The notes below the pieces were generated by a model, which saw nothing but the letters and a program-made list of their open reading frames with translations, was not told where the DNA came from and did no database searches. Positions 17,025-25,974 of a stretch of DNA of 32,000 bases are shown piece by piece (positions within the stretch are counted from its first letter, which is position 1; every line of letters starts with the position of its first letter). This DNA comes from an uncultured Candidatus Pelagibacter sp. (lineage in GTDB: Bacteria > Pseudomonadota > Alphaproteobacteria > Pelagibacterales > Pelagibacteraceae), in NCBI GenBank assembly GCA_905612435.1, contig CAJQRZ010000003.1, positions 1-32,000 on the forward strand, in the 5' to 3' direction. The translations under genes were made by a program, and so were the position numbers.

Positions 17025-17723
17025 ATGCATATTTTATTAACTAGACCTATAGAAGATTGTTATGAAATGATTTTAAAATTTCAGTCCCTTGGTCATAAAG
17101 TTTCCCATTTACCTTTAATAGCTACCGAAGGTTTAAAACATGAGTCCTTAGATTACAATACATTTAAAGGAATTATTTTTACCAGCTCTAATGCGATTAA
17201 ATTTTTAGACATCAAAAGTATAGATAAAAAAATAAATTGTTTTTGTGTAGGAAGTGCTACAGAAAAAAAAGCAAGAAGTGTTGGTTTTCAAGATGTTTTT
17301 GCAGCAGAAGGCAATGTAGATAATTTAAAAGAATTAATTTTACAAAATTTTAATTCTTCAGACGGACAATTGGTTTATGTAAGTGGAGAAATTGTTTCTA
17401 GCAATTTAGATCAACAATTAATTTCTGAAGGTTATAATATAAAACGAATTATTAATTATAGAGCTAATCCAATTGAAAAATTTGAACAAAGTTTCATTGA
17501 TAAGCTTAAATTCAAGATGCCAGAAATTGTTTATATTTATTCACAAAATAGCGCTATTAGCTTTTTAAATATAATTAAGAATTATCAATTAGAATCCTTA
17601 TGGATGGACACTAATTTAATGTGTATCGGTGAAAAAACTTCTGCTATTTTAAATGAAATTAAGTGGAAAAAAATTTTTCTTTTTAATCCTGGAGAAGAAG
17701 AATTTTTACTGTATAAAATTTAG
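17025..17723 (+). CDS. hemD: uroporphyrinogen-III synthase
   Basis: Directly follows hemC. MHILLTRPIEDC...IIFTSSNAIKF...CFCVGSATEKKA fits the HemD pattern. I place the start at ATG 17025, 1 nt after the hemC stop; the track start at 16965 overlaps hemC. Confidence 0.8.
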   Translation: MHILLTRPIEDCYEMILKFQSLGHKVSHLPLIATEGLKHESLDYNTFKGIIFTSSNAIKFLDIKSIDKKINCFCVGSATEKKARSVGFQDVFAAEGNVDNLKELILQNFNSSDGQLVYVSGEIVSSNLDQQLISEGYNIKRIINYRANPIEKFEQSFIDKLKFKMPEIVYIYSQNSAISFLNIIKNYQLESLWMDTNLMCIGEKTSAILNEIKWKKIFLFNPGEEEFLLYKI

Positions 17724-17725
17724 CT

Positions 17726-18811
17726 ATGGAATTATTTAACAATTTTGGTGATCTATTTGTTTCTGTTTGGGATAAAGGAATTTATGGAGTTGATATTTTT
17801 CAAATACTAATTGGTATAGGTATTTTTTTTATTTTTTTAATTTTTAGAGGGATTATTAGTAAAGTAATCATAAAAAAACTAAAAGCTGTCGCAAAAAAAA
17901 CTACGAATAAATTAGACGATGCTTTTGTACATGCGATGGAAGGTCCAGCAAGATTTCTGCCGATTGTTTTAGGGTTTTTTATTGCAAGTTATTATATGTC
18001 ATTTGGAGATGATGGCAGAGATACAATTGATACAATTAATAGAACTTTAATAACGATTTTAATTTTTTGGGTAATTCATCAAATTGTTGAACCAATTTCA
18101 TATATTTTAAGCGGTTTAGATAAAATGTTAACTCGAGAATTAATTGGTTGGATTATTAAATCTTTAAAAATTTTAATTTTTATTTTAGGTTTAGCGGCCG
18201 TTCTTGAGCTTTGGGGAATAAAAATAGGACCAATTATTGCAGGACTTGGTTTGTTTGGTGTTGCAGTTGCTTTGGGCGCTCAAGATTTATTTAAAAATTT
18301 AATTTCTGGTATTTTAGTTTTAGTTGAAAAAAGATTTAAAATTGATGACTGGATTTCAGTTGATGGAGTAATAGAAGGCATCGTTGAGAAAATTGGTTTT
18401 AGATCAACAACTATTAGAAAGTTTGATAAATCTTTGGCAATAATCCCAAATTTTCAATTTGCTGAAAATGCAGTTGTGAATGTTAGCGAAACGTCAAACT
18501 GGTTGATTAGTTGGATTATTACTCTTCAATACGACACAACTGTTGATCAATTAAAAATTGTAAGAAATGAAATCGAAAATTATATTAATAAAAGTGAGGA
18601 CTATAATACTAGCATTGGTGTGGCGGTTAGAATTGATAAATTTTCTGATAGCTCAATAGATATGTATGTTCGTTGTTTTACAAAAAGTGATAGTTGGAAT
18701 GAATGGCTTTCTGTTAAAGAAAGACTTGCAATTGAAATTAAACAGATAGTAGAAAAAAATAAAGCATCATTTGCATTTCCAAGTCAGTCAATTTATATCG
18801 AAAAAAAATGA
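17726..18811 (+). CDS. mechanosensitive ion channel (MscS family)
   Basis: GLGLFGVAVALGAQDLFKNLISGILVLVEKRFKIDDWISVDG is the MscS pore-helix/beta-domain signature. Several N-terminal TM segments are present. Confidence 0.85.
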   Translation: MELFNNFGDLFVSVWDKGIYGVDIFQILIGIGIFFIFLIFRGIISKVIIKKLKAVAKKTTNKLDDAFVHAMEGPARFLPIVLGFFIASYYMSFGDDGRDTIDTINRTLITILIFWVIHQIVEPISYILSGLDKMLTRELIGWIIKSLKILIFILGLAAVLELWGIKIGPIIAGLGLFGVAVALGAQDLFKNLISGILVLVEKRFKIDDWISVDGVIEGIVEKIGFRSTTIRKFDKSLAIIPNFQFAENAVVNVSETSNWLISWIITLQYDTTVDQLKIVRNEIENYINKSEDYNTSIGVAVRIDKFSDSSIDMYVRCFTKSDSWNEWLSVKERLAIEIKQIVEKNKASFAFPSQSIYIEKK

Positions 18812-19098
18812 TAGCTATATTTTATTTAACTCTTCAAATATTAAAACTTTATTCTTATGTGGTAATAGCCAATGTTATGATTAGTTGGCTTGTTGCTTTT
18901 AATGTTTTAAACACCCAAAACAGATTTGTTTATTCTATTTTACAAATGACTTACCGACTAACTGATCCAATACTTAATAAAATAAGAAGTTTTTTACCTA
19001 ATCTAGGATCGTTAGATATTTCAGCTGTAATATTACTTTTATTGATTTGGTTTATAGAAATGTGTATGAAGCTGTACATTGCACCAATAATTTTTTAA
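18808..19098 (+). CDS. YggT family membrane protein
   Basis: ISWLVAFNVLNTQNRFVYSILQMTYRLTDPILNKIRSFLPNLGSLDIS matches the YggT repeat. It has an ATGA overlap with the mscS-family stop. Confidence 0.8.
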   Translation: MIAIFYLTLQILKLYSYVVIANVMISWLVAFNVLNTQNRFVYSILQMTYRLTDPILNKIRSFLPNLGSLDISAVILLLLIWFIEMCMKLYIAPIIF

Positions 19099-19108
19099 AA
19101 AAACCCTT

Positions 19109-19954
19109 ATGATTTTAATAGATGGAAAAAAAATAGCCGCAGAACTTAGAGAAGAATTAAAACAAGAAGTTTCAGAACTAAAAGCTAAATATAATAAAGT
19201 TCCAGGACTCACAGTTATTTTAATTGGTGATATGGCACCTAGTCAAATTTATGTTCGAAACAAAGAGAAGTTTGCAAATGAAGTGGGGTTAAAATCTGAA
19301 GTAATTAGATATCCAGAGACTATAGAGGAAAAAGCAGTACTAGATAAAATTGAAGAATTAAACAAAGATGAAAGTATTTCAGGAATTTTGGTTCAATTAC
19401 CCTTACCAAACCATATTGATAAACAAAAAGTTATTGAAACTATTTTACCAGGGAAAGATGTTGATGGTTTTCACCCAATGAATGTTGGTAATCTTTCATC
19501 AGGTTATGAAAGCTCAGTTCCATGTACTCCTTTAGGGTGCTATTTAATGATAAAAAAAATTGAACCAAATTTAAGTGGAAAAAAAGCAGTTATGATTGGT
19601 AGGTCAAATCTAAATGGTAAACCGATGGCACAATTACTTTTAAAAGAAAATTGTACAGTAACGATTACCCATTCAAGAACTAAAGATTTAAAAGCTGAAT
19701 GTTTAGAAGCAGATATTATTGTTGCAGCAGTTGGTATTCCTGAACTTGTAAAAGCAGATTGGGTAAAAAAAGATGCAATCGTAATTGATGTTGGCATTAA
19801 CAAAACAGACAAAGGTATCGTTGGTGATGTTGCATTTGATGAAGTTTCAAAAGTTGCAAAAGCATTAACACCCGTTCCAGGCGGTGTCGGACCGATGACC
19901 ATTGCCTGTTTATTAAAAAATACTATAGAGTGTTTTAAAAGATCTCTAAAATAG
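19109..19954 (+). CDS. folD: bifunctional methylenetetrahydrofolate dehydrogenase / methenyl-THF cyclohydrolase
   Basis: PGLTVILIGDMAPSQIYVRNK, ILVQLPLP, KDVDGFHPMNVG, GRSNLNGKPMAQLL and TPVPGGVGPMT are FolD motifs. Confidence 0.95.
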   Translation: MILIDGKKIAAELREELKQEVSELKAKYNKVPGLTVILIGDMAPSQIYVRNKEKFANEVGLKSEVIRYPETIEEKAVLDKIEELNKDESISGILVQLPLPNHIDKQKVIETILPGKDVDGFHPMNVGNLSSGYESSVPCTPLGCYLMIKKIEPNLSGKKAVMIGRSNLNGKPMAQLLLKENCTVTITHSRTKDLKAECLEADIIVAAVGIPELVKADWVKKDAIVIDVGINKTDKGIVGDVAFDEVSKVAKALTPVPGGVGPMTIACLLKNTIECFKRSLK

Positions 19955-20629
19955 GTGTTAAAAAAAATATTAAGAAAACTTCACATATTTCATAATATTT
20001 ATATCAAGCATAAATTTTTTATTAAAAAAGAATCTTATGCAATGGACCATGAAGATACTGTGGTTTTAGATTATTTTAAAGATAAGAAAAATGGTTTCTA
20101 TGTTGATGTTGGATGCTATCACCCAATACATAGAAATAATACTCAGTTGCTTCACAAACAAAATTGGAGTGGAATAAATGTTGATACAAGTCAATTTTCT
20201 ATTGATCTATTCAACTATTTGAGACCCAACGATCTTAACTATAATTGTGCAGTCTCTAACAAAAATAAAATTATAAAACTTTTTTATCAAAAAGAGCTCA
20301 GTCAATTAAGTACTACAGAGAGTGATCAAGCAAAAATTGTTTTTCAGGGTAACATAAAAGAAAAAAATGTAGAAGCATTCACTTTAGACGAAATATTAAA
20401 CAGAGATAGATATAGAGATACCAAGATTGATTTTCTAGATATTGATGTCGAGGGCGCAGATCTCAAGGTTCTTGAGGGCTTATCTTTTGATAAATTTAAA
20501 CCAGAATTAATATGTGTGGAAATTCATGATAAAAAAGTTAAACAAAGTAAAATTTATGACTTCCTTTCTAATAAAAGCTATAAATTAATATGGTCAGGTG
20601 TTTTTAGTCACTTTTTCAAAAGATCCTAG
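19955..20629 (+). CDS. FkbM-family SAM-dependent methyltransferase
   Basis: GFYVDVGCYHPIHRNNTQLL...WSGINVD...IDFLDIDVEGADLKVLEG is the FkbM-type pattern. The start is uncertain: GTG at 19955 directly after the folD stop, or ATG at 20042. Confidence 0.7.
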   Translation: MLKKILRKLHIFHNIYIKHKFFIKKESYAMDHEDTVVLDYFKDKKNGFYVDVGCYHPIHRNNTQLLHKQNWSGINVDTSQFSIDLFNYLRPNDLNYNCAVSNKNKIIKLFYQKELSQLSTTESDQAKIVFQGNIKEKNVEAFTLDEILNRDRYRDTKIDFLDIDVEGADLKVLEGLSFDKFKPELICVEIHDKKVKQSKIYDFLSNKSYKLIWSGVFSHFFKRS

Positions 20630-20641
20630 AAACAAAATAAT

Positions 20642-22411
20642 ATGCAGGATAAAAAATACATTAAGACCTTTAAATTATTGCTCCCTTATTTATGGCCTAA
20701 AAAAAGAAATGATTTAAAAACAAGAGTTAGTTTTGCTGTTGTTGCTTTAGTTTTGGCAAAAATAGCAAGTGTTAGTACACCCCTAGTATTGGGAGGAGCA
20801 GTAAATTCTCTAACAAAATTAAGCTCTGGTATTAATCTATTTATGTTAGTTCCTGTTGCTTTAATAGTTGGTTACGGTGCAGCAAGAATAATTTCTTTTA
20901 CATTTGTTGCAGTGAGAGATGCATTATTTTCAAAAGTTTCTCAACATTCTATCAGACAAATATCTTTAAATATGTTTAAACATTTACACAACCTTTCATT
21001 ACAATTTCATTTAAATAGACAAACTGGTGCACTTGCAAAATATATAGACAGAGGAACCAAGGGAATAGATTTTCTTTTAAGATACGTTTTATTTAATGTT
21101 GTTCCTACTTTTTTTGAGATTTTTTTAGTTTCTGGAATCTTATTTTATTTATATGGTCCGTGGTATGCCGTTGTAACACTTACAACAATTGGTCTTTACT
21201 CTTACTTATCCTTTCAAATAACTGAATGGAGAAATGCATTTAGAAAAAGAATGAATCAGGCTGATAACGACATCAGTACAAAAATGATTGATAGTTTATT
21301 AAATTTTGAAACAGTTAAGTATTTTAACAATGAAAATTATGAATTTAATAGACTTGATAAATCTTTAGAAGAATATGAATTAGCAGCAAATCAAAGTAGG
21401 CATTCGCTTTCATTATTAAACATAGCACAAACATTTATTATAATGTTTGGTATTACTATTATGTTGGTAATGTCAGCCTATGGTATTAAAAATGGAGACA
21501 TCGATGTTGGAGGGTTTGTTGTCATTAATGCATATATGCTTCAATTATATCAACCGTTAAATTTTTTAGGTTCTGTATATAGAGAGATTAGACAAGCATT
21601 AACGGATATGGAAAATATGTTTAGTTTATTAGAAGTATCTCAAGTATCAAAGGATGACCTTAAAGATATGCCCCAAAGTAATGTTGCTGAGATTAGATTT
21701 GATAAGGTTAGTTTTGATTATGATATAAGAAGAACTATAATTAAAAATATTTCTTTTACCGTACCTAATGGGAAAAAAGTTGCAATAGTTGGTCCTACTG
21801 GTGCAGGAAAATCAACAATAAGTAGATTATTATTTAAGTTTTATGACCCAAAAGAAGGAGGTATTTATATTAATAATATAAATATAAATAAAATTTCTCA
21901 AGAATCGTTGAGAAAAATGATTGGTGTAGTTCCCCAGGATACAGTCTTATTTAATGACACAATTTATTATAACATCGCTTACGGAAACACAGATGCCAAG
22001 AAAGAAGAAGTTATTAGAGCCGCTAAAAATGCTGACATACATAATTTCATTTCAACTTTGCCAGATGGTTATGAAACAATTGTAGGTGAGAGAGGACTAA
22101 AGTTATCAGGGGGAGAGAAGCAAAGAGTTGCCATTGCAAGAACTATTTTAAAAAACCCAAAAATATTTTTCTTTGATGAAGCAACTTCTGCACTAGATAG
22201 TAGTACAGAAAAAGAAATTCAAAAAAATTTAGAAAATGTATCGAAGGACAAAACAACTTTAATAATTGCACATCGTTTATCTACCGCCGCAAATGCAGAC
22301 AATATTATTGTGCTTGATAAAGGAGTAATTATTGAGCAAGGAACGCATGAAAGTTTGTTATTAAAAAAAGGCAAATACTTTGAAATGTGGGAAAAACAAA
22401 AGCCTAATTAG
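20642..22411 (+). CDS. ABC transporter, fused permease/ATPase, Atm1/ABCB7-type exporter
   Basis: Six-TM N-terminal half plus an NBD with GPTGAGKST (Walker A), LSGGEKQRVAIAR (signature) and IFFFDEATSALD (Walker B). Overall layout and length match alphaproteobacterial Atm1 homologues. Confidence 0.85.
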   Translation: MQDKKYIKTFKLLLPYLWPKKRNDLKTRVSFAVVALVLAKIASVSTPLVLGGAVNSLTKLSSGINLFMLVPVALIVGYGAARIISFTFVAVRDALFSKVSQHSIRQISLNMFKHLHNLSLQFHLNRQTGALAKYIDRGTKGIDFLLRYVLFNVVPTFFEIFLVSGILFYLYGPWYAVVTLTTIGLYSYLSFQITEWRNAFRKRMNQADNDISTKMIDSLLNFETVKYFNNENYEFNRLDKSLEEYELAANQSRHSLSLLNIAQTFIIMFGITIMLVMSAYGIKNGDIDVGGFVVINAYMLQLYQPLNFLGSVYREIRQALTDMENMFSLLEVSQVSKDDLKDMPQSNVAEIRFDKVSFDYDIRRTIIKNISFTVPNGKKVAIVGPTGAGKSTISRLLFKFYDPKEGGIYINNININKISQESLRKMIGVVPQDTVLFNDTIYYNIAYGNTDAKKEEVIRAAKNADIHNFISTLPDGYETIVGERGLKLSGGEKQRVAIARTILKNPKIFFFDEATSALDSSTEKEIQKNLENVSKDKTTLIIAHRLSTAANADNIIVLDKGVIIEQGTHESLLLKKGKYFEMWEKQKPN

Positions 22412-23505
22412 AATATTTTTTCCATCAGCCAAAGTGCGTCTTCACTTAAAAAATATATTTTACCTGTTAACGGATGAACCTGAATATCCCTTATCCTTCC
22501 AATTTTGCCCTTAAAAATTATATCTTCTTGAATATTTGATAGATCATTAAATATTAATTTTCTTAAAGATTTATCTTTTAAAGAAGTAATTAGCGCGTGC
22601 CCATTCCATTCTTTAAATTCGTTCCCTTTATAAATTGTAATAGAACTAGTAGCTATTGAAGGTACCCAATATTGAATTCCTTTAGTAAACCCTGGCTTCC
22701 ATTTGGGACCTATCTTGGTTCCTGAATAATTTTTTCCACCCCAGCCTAAAATTTTCCATCCATAATTTTCTCCTTTTTTAGCCTCTCCAAACCAATCACC
22801 GCCTCTTGCTCCATGATTACTTAAATATATTTTTCCATCATAATCGGAGAGTGTTAAACCTTGTGGATTACGAACACCTATTTGATAAATTTCAGGTAAC
22901 CAGTTTTTCTTACCTTCAAATTTTGGATTATCTTTTGGAATACTACCGTCAGTATGAATTCTAATAATACTACCAGGATGTTTTGTGGGATCTTGAGCAA
23001 TCATACCTTGGCCTCTTTCACCAGCTGATGCGTAAAGATAATCACCCTTAATTGCCAATCTTGAACCAAAATGATAACCAGAGTCTATAGGAGGGTTTGC
23101 TTGAAAAATATTTTTAAAATTTAATTCTTGTTTATTTAATTGTGCTTTTGCAATTGACGTGCTTGTTTTCGAATCCCCTCTATTTTCTGAATAAGAAATC
23201 CATAAGGTACTATCTTGGTGAATAATATCTAATAATCCACCTTGACCGACTTCTAAAAAATTAAGATTATGTTTAATCTCTGAAATATTTTTTGAAACAA
23301 CATTAACGATTTTAATTTTTCCACTTTTTTCAGTAATAATAATTTCATTATTGTTAATAAATGATGATCCCCAAGGTTCATCTAGTTCTATTATTTTAGT
23401 GAATATGTAATTGTTAGAATAGTTTTTTGAAGTAAATAAAAGAAAAAAAATTATTAATAAAAAATATTTTTTCACCTTAAGAAAGTTTTGATCTACCACC
23501 ATCAA
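22408..23505 (-). CDS. PQQ-dependent sugar dehydrogenase-like beta-propeller (YliI/sorbosone dehydrogenase family), secreted
   Basis: IGVRNPQGLTLSDYDGKIYLSNHGARGGDWFGEAKKGENYGW is the family signature, with a signal-like N-terminus. An alternative GTG start at 23475 (VKKYFLLIIFF) would remove the 29-nt overlap with the SDR gene. Confidence 0.8.
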   Translation of the reverse strand: MMVVDQNFLKVKKYFLLIIFFLLFTSKNYSNNYIFTKIIELDEPWGSSFINNNEIIITEKSGKIKIVNVVSKNISEIKHNLNFLEVGQGGLLDIIHQDSTLWISYSENRGDSKTSTSIAKAQLNKQELNFKNIFQANPPIDSGYHFGSRLAIKGDYLYASAGERGQGMIAQDPTKHPGSIIRIHTDGSIPKDNPKFEGKKNWLPEIYQIGVRNPQGLTLSDYDGKIYLSNHGARGGDWFGEAKKGENYGWKILGWGGKNYSGTKIGPKWKPGFTKGIQYWVPSIATSSITIYKGNEFKEWNGHALITSLKDKSLRKLIFNDLSNIQEDIIFKGKIGRIRDIQVHPLTGKIYFLSEDALWLMEKIF

Positions 23506-24187
23506 CGGCTATTACCTGTCCAGTAATCCAAGAACTTTCTTCAGTAATTAAAAACTTTGCAAGCGCAGCAGAGTCTTTCCCTTCACCCAATCTTTTTAAT
23601 GGATGAGCTTTAGCAATTCCTTCTGCAATTGCAGGATTTTTTAACATTGGTTCCGCAATTTTAGATTTTGATAAGCTAGGTGCTATGCAATTTACTCTAA
23701 TATTTGGAGCAAACTCAGCAGCTAGTGTAACAGTTAATCCTTCAACAGCAGCCTTAGCAGACGCAATAATTGTGTGATTAGTAAAACCTCTTTGAGCAGC
23801 AACAGTTGAAAATAAAACAACTGAACCTTTGTTTTTTTTTAAACTTTCCTGGTATCCTTTTATAGCTTCAATGGCTGAATAAAGGTTTAGTTTCATACAT
23901 TTGTTCATATCAGCCTCAGTAACCATTCTTAATGGTTTCAAATCAATAGAGCCCACACAGTAAGCGATACCCTTGATATCATTAATATCTGATTTTACTT
24001 TTTCTATAAACCCATCCTCTAAAACATCAGCAACCGTATAAGAACAACCCAATTTTTCTGCGATAGTTTTAACTTCACTTTCATTTCTTGCAACTAGATG
24101 AATATCATTACCTGAATTTTTTAATTGTTCAGCTAAGTTAGAACCTACAGAACCTGTCGCACCAAAAATAAGATATTTTTCTGACAT
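23477..24187 (-). CDS. short-chain dehydrogenase/reductase (SDR) family protein, atypical active site
   Basis: It has the IFGATGSVGSNLA Rossmann motif, and the SDR fold pattern runs through to VDGG. The expected YxxxK reads IIASAK (see findings). Confidence 0.8.
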   Translation of the reverse strand: MSEKYLIFGATGSVGSNLAEQLKNSGNDIHLVARNESEVKTIAEKLGCSYTVADVLEDGFIEKVKSDINDIKGIAYCVGSIDLKPLRMVTEADMNKCMKLNLYSAIEAIKGYQESLKKNKGSVVLFSTVAAQRGFTNHTIIASAKAAVEGLTVTLAAEFAPNIRVNCIAPSLSKSKIAEPMLKNPAIAEGIAKAHPLKRLGEGKDSAALAKFLITEESSWITGQVIAVDGGRSKLS

Positions 24188-24214
24188 ATAATTTTTAATT
24201 AGTTATATTTAACT

Positions 24215-25705
24215 ATGAAATTGTTTTTTATACTCGGCAATCAATTATTTCCATTAAAATATCTAGACCGCTTCAAAAAGGACCACTCTTTTTACATGGT
24301 AGAAGACTATGAATTATGCACTTATGAAAAGCATCATAAGCAAAAGATACTGCTATTTCTATCTTCCATGAGGTCTTACGCGGACAACCTTAAGAAGAAT
24401 AAATTTAAACTAGATTATATAAAAATTGAAGACAAAGAATTTAAAGATGATTATTTCAAAAAATTAATGAAAATAATTGTTAAAAAAAAAATAACAGAAA
24501 TTTCAAGTTTTGAAGTTGAGGATAAATTTTTTGAAAAGAAAATTTCACAATTTTTAAAAAAAGAAAAAATTAATTGGAATGTCTTTCAAACCCCAATGTT
24601 TTTAAATTCAAGAGATGAGTTCAAAAATTATTTAGAAAAATCAAAAAAACCTTTTATGGCAACATTTTACAAGGAGGTTCGTAAAAAATCTGGAATATTA
24701 ATGGGAGCAGATGGAAATCCTATTGGAGGTAAATGGAGTTTTGATGAAGATAACAGAAATAAGTTGCCAAAAGACATATCTATACCAAAATTTCCAAAAA
24801 TAAATGAAACTAGCCATACTAAAAAATTAAAACCTATTATTGAAAAATTATTTAAAGACCATCCTGGAAGTTTAAGTAATTTTTGGTTTGCAACTGAATA
24901 TGATGATGTTGTTAAGCTTTTAGATTTTTTTATTAAAGAAAAATCAAATTTATTTGGTGATTATGAAGATGCTGTTAATCAAAAAGATAATATTTTATTT
25001 CATAGCGCATTAAGTCCTTACATAAATTTAGGCTTAATTACTCCTGAATTTGTAATTCAAAAGATTTTAGAATTTCATAAAAAACATAAAATTAGAATGA
25101 ACTCGCTGGAAGGCTATATTCGTCAGGTAATTGGTTGGAGAGAGTTTATGCGTGGAATTTATCAAGGTTATTCAGATGAAATGGAAAAAAAAAATTTTTT
25201 TAAACATAATAGAAAAATGAAAAAGTCTTGGTATGAAGGCACAACAGGTTTACCCCCACTAGATTATGCAATTAAAAATGCAGTCAATTATGGCTGGTCT
25301 CATCATATTGAGAGGCTGATGATTTTGTCAAATATAATGAACCTTTGTGAGGTTAAACCAACTATTGCTTACAAATGGTTCATGGAAATGTTTGTGGACT
25401 CATCTGAATGGGTGATGGTTCCCAATGTTTATGGAATGGGATTATTTAGTGATGGAGGTATTTTTGCTACCAAACCATACATCTGTGGATCAAGTTATTT
25501 TATGAAAATGATGGATTTTAAAAAAGGGGAATGGTGCAATACGATGGATGGTTTGTACTGGAGATTTATAAATAGAAATAGACAATTTTTTTTAAAGAAC
25601 CCCAGACTATCAATGATGGTTTATGTTTTTGATAAAATGAAAGATGAAAGAAAAAAATTGATTTTGTCAGAAGCCGATAAATTTATTAAAGCAAATACAG
25701 CATAA
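24215..25705 (+). CDS. cryptochrome/photolyase-family protein of the 'deoxyribodipyrimidine photolyase-related' (FeS-BCP / (6-4) photolyase-like) group
   Basis: 496 aa. GGKWSFDEDNR, LFHSALSPYINLGLITP, GWREFMRG, YGWSHHIERLMILSN and SSEWVMVPNVYGM fit this family. It is followed by a DUF2256 gene, a known association. Confidence 0.8.
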   Translation: MKLFFILGNQLFPLKYLDRFKKDHSFYMVEDYELCTYEKHHKQKILLFLSSMRSYADNLKKNKFKLDYIKIEDKEFKDDYFKKLMKIIVKKKITEISSFEVEDKFFEKKISQFLKKEKINWNVFQTPMFLNSRDEFKNYLEKSKKPFMATFYKEVRKKSGILMGADGNPIGGKWSFDEDNRNKLPKDISIPKFPKINETSHTKKLKPIIEKLFKDHPGSLSNFWFATEYDDVVKLLDFFIKEKSNLFGDYEDAVNQKDNILFHSALSPYINLGLITPEFVIQKILEFHKKHKIRMNSLEGYIRQVIGWREFMRGIYQGYSDEMEKKNFFKHNRKMKKSWYEGTTGLPPLDYAIKNAVNYGWSHHIERLMILSNIMNLCEVKPTIAYKWFMEMFVDSSEWVMVPNVYGMGLFSDGGIFATKPYICGSSYFMKMMDFKKGEWCNTMDGLYWRFINRNRQFFLKNPRLSMMVYVFDKMKDERKKLILSEADKFIKANTA

Positions 25706-25839
25706 TGAAAAAAGAGAACTTACCTTCAAAAATTTGTACTATTTGTAAAAAAACTTTTGTTTGGCGAAAAAAATGGAAGCTTAATTGGGCTAGAGTTAAG
25801 TACTGTTCCAAGAAGTGTTCTCGAACTTATTTATTTTGA
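25705..25839 (+). CDS. DUF2256-type zinc-ribbon mini-protein (44 aa)
   Basis: Found by hand and absent from the track. MKKENLPSKICTICKKTFVWRKKWKLNWARVKYCSKKCSRTYLF fits the CxxC...WRKKW...W..VKYCS..C pattern of DUF2256. It has a TAATG overlap with the photolyase-related gene. Confidence 0.75.
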   Translation: MKKENLPSKICTICKKTFVWRKKWKLNWARVKYCSKKCSRTYLF

Positions 25840-25887
25840 CATTATAAATAAAATATGGTCTAAGAATTTAGCGCTGAGTTTAATTAA

Positions 25888-25922
25888 ATTGCAGAGCGCT
25901 TTAAAAATCCTGCTAAAGCGAT
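25888..25922 (+). promoter_or_regulatory. SAM-II-like riboswitch aptamer (H-type pseudoknot)
   Basis: GCAG (25891-94) pairs with CTGC (25910-13). CGCTTT (25897-902), lying in that loop, pairs with AAAGCG (25915-20). It contains the TGCTAAAGC box and is followed by an intrinsic terminator. A tandem SAM-II/SAM-V arrangement upstream of bhmt is described for Pelagibacter. Confidence 0.6.
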
Positions 25923-25927
25923 TATTC

Positions 25928-25957
25928 AACCACCGCTTTAGTCGGTGGTTTTTTTTT
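25928..25957 (+). terminator. intrinsic terminator (expression platform of the first aptamer)
   Basis: Stem AACCACCG / CGGTGGTT (8 bp), 7-nt loop, then a run of 9 T (two of them also in the stem). CGCTTT at 25934-39, in the left arm/loop, can alternatively pair with AAAGCG at 25915-20 as an antiterminator. Confidence 0.75.
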
Positions 25958-25974
25958 GAAAGTTTCAATTAAAA

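Noticed and set aside
25836-25867. TTGACA (overlapping the DUF2256 stop) followed 19 nt later by TAAGAAT, as the bhmt-leader promoter.
   Set aside because: The spacing is at or beyond the upper limit and the -10 is weak. It is plausible, but I cannot support it from sequence alone.
25757-25972. 71-aa track ORF downstream of the photolyase-like gene.
   Set aside because: It is out of frame with the convincing DUF2256 mini-gene (25705-25839). It then runs through the riboswitch aptamer and terminator, and its translation ends in the terminator U-tract (FFFES).
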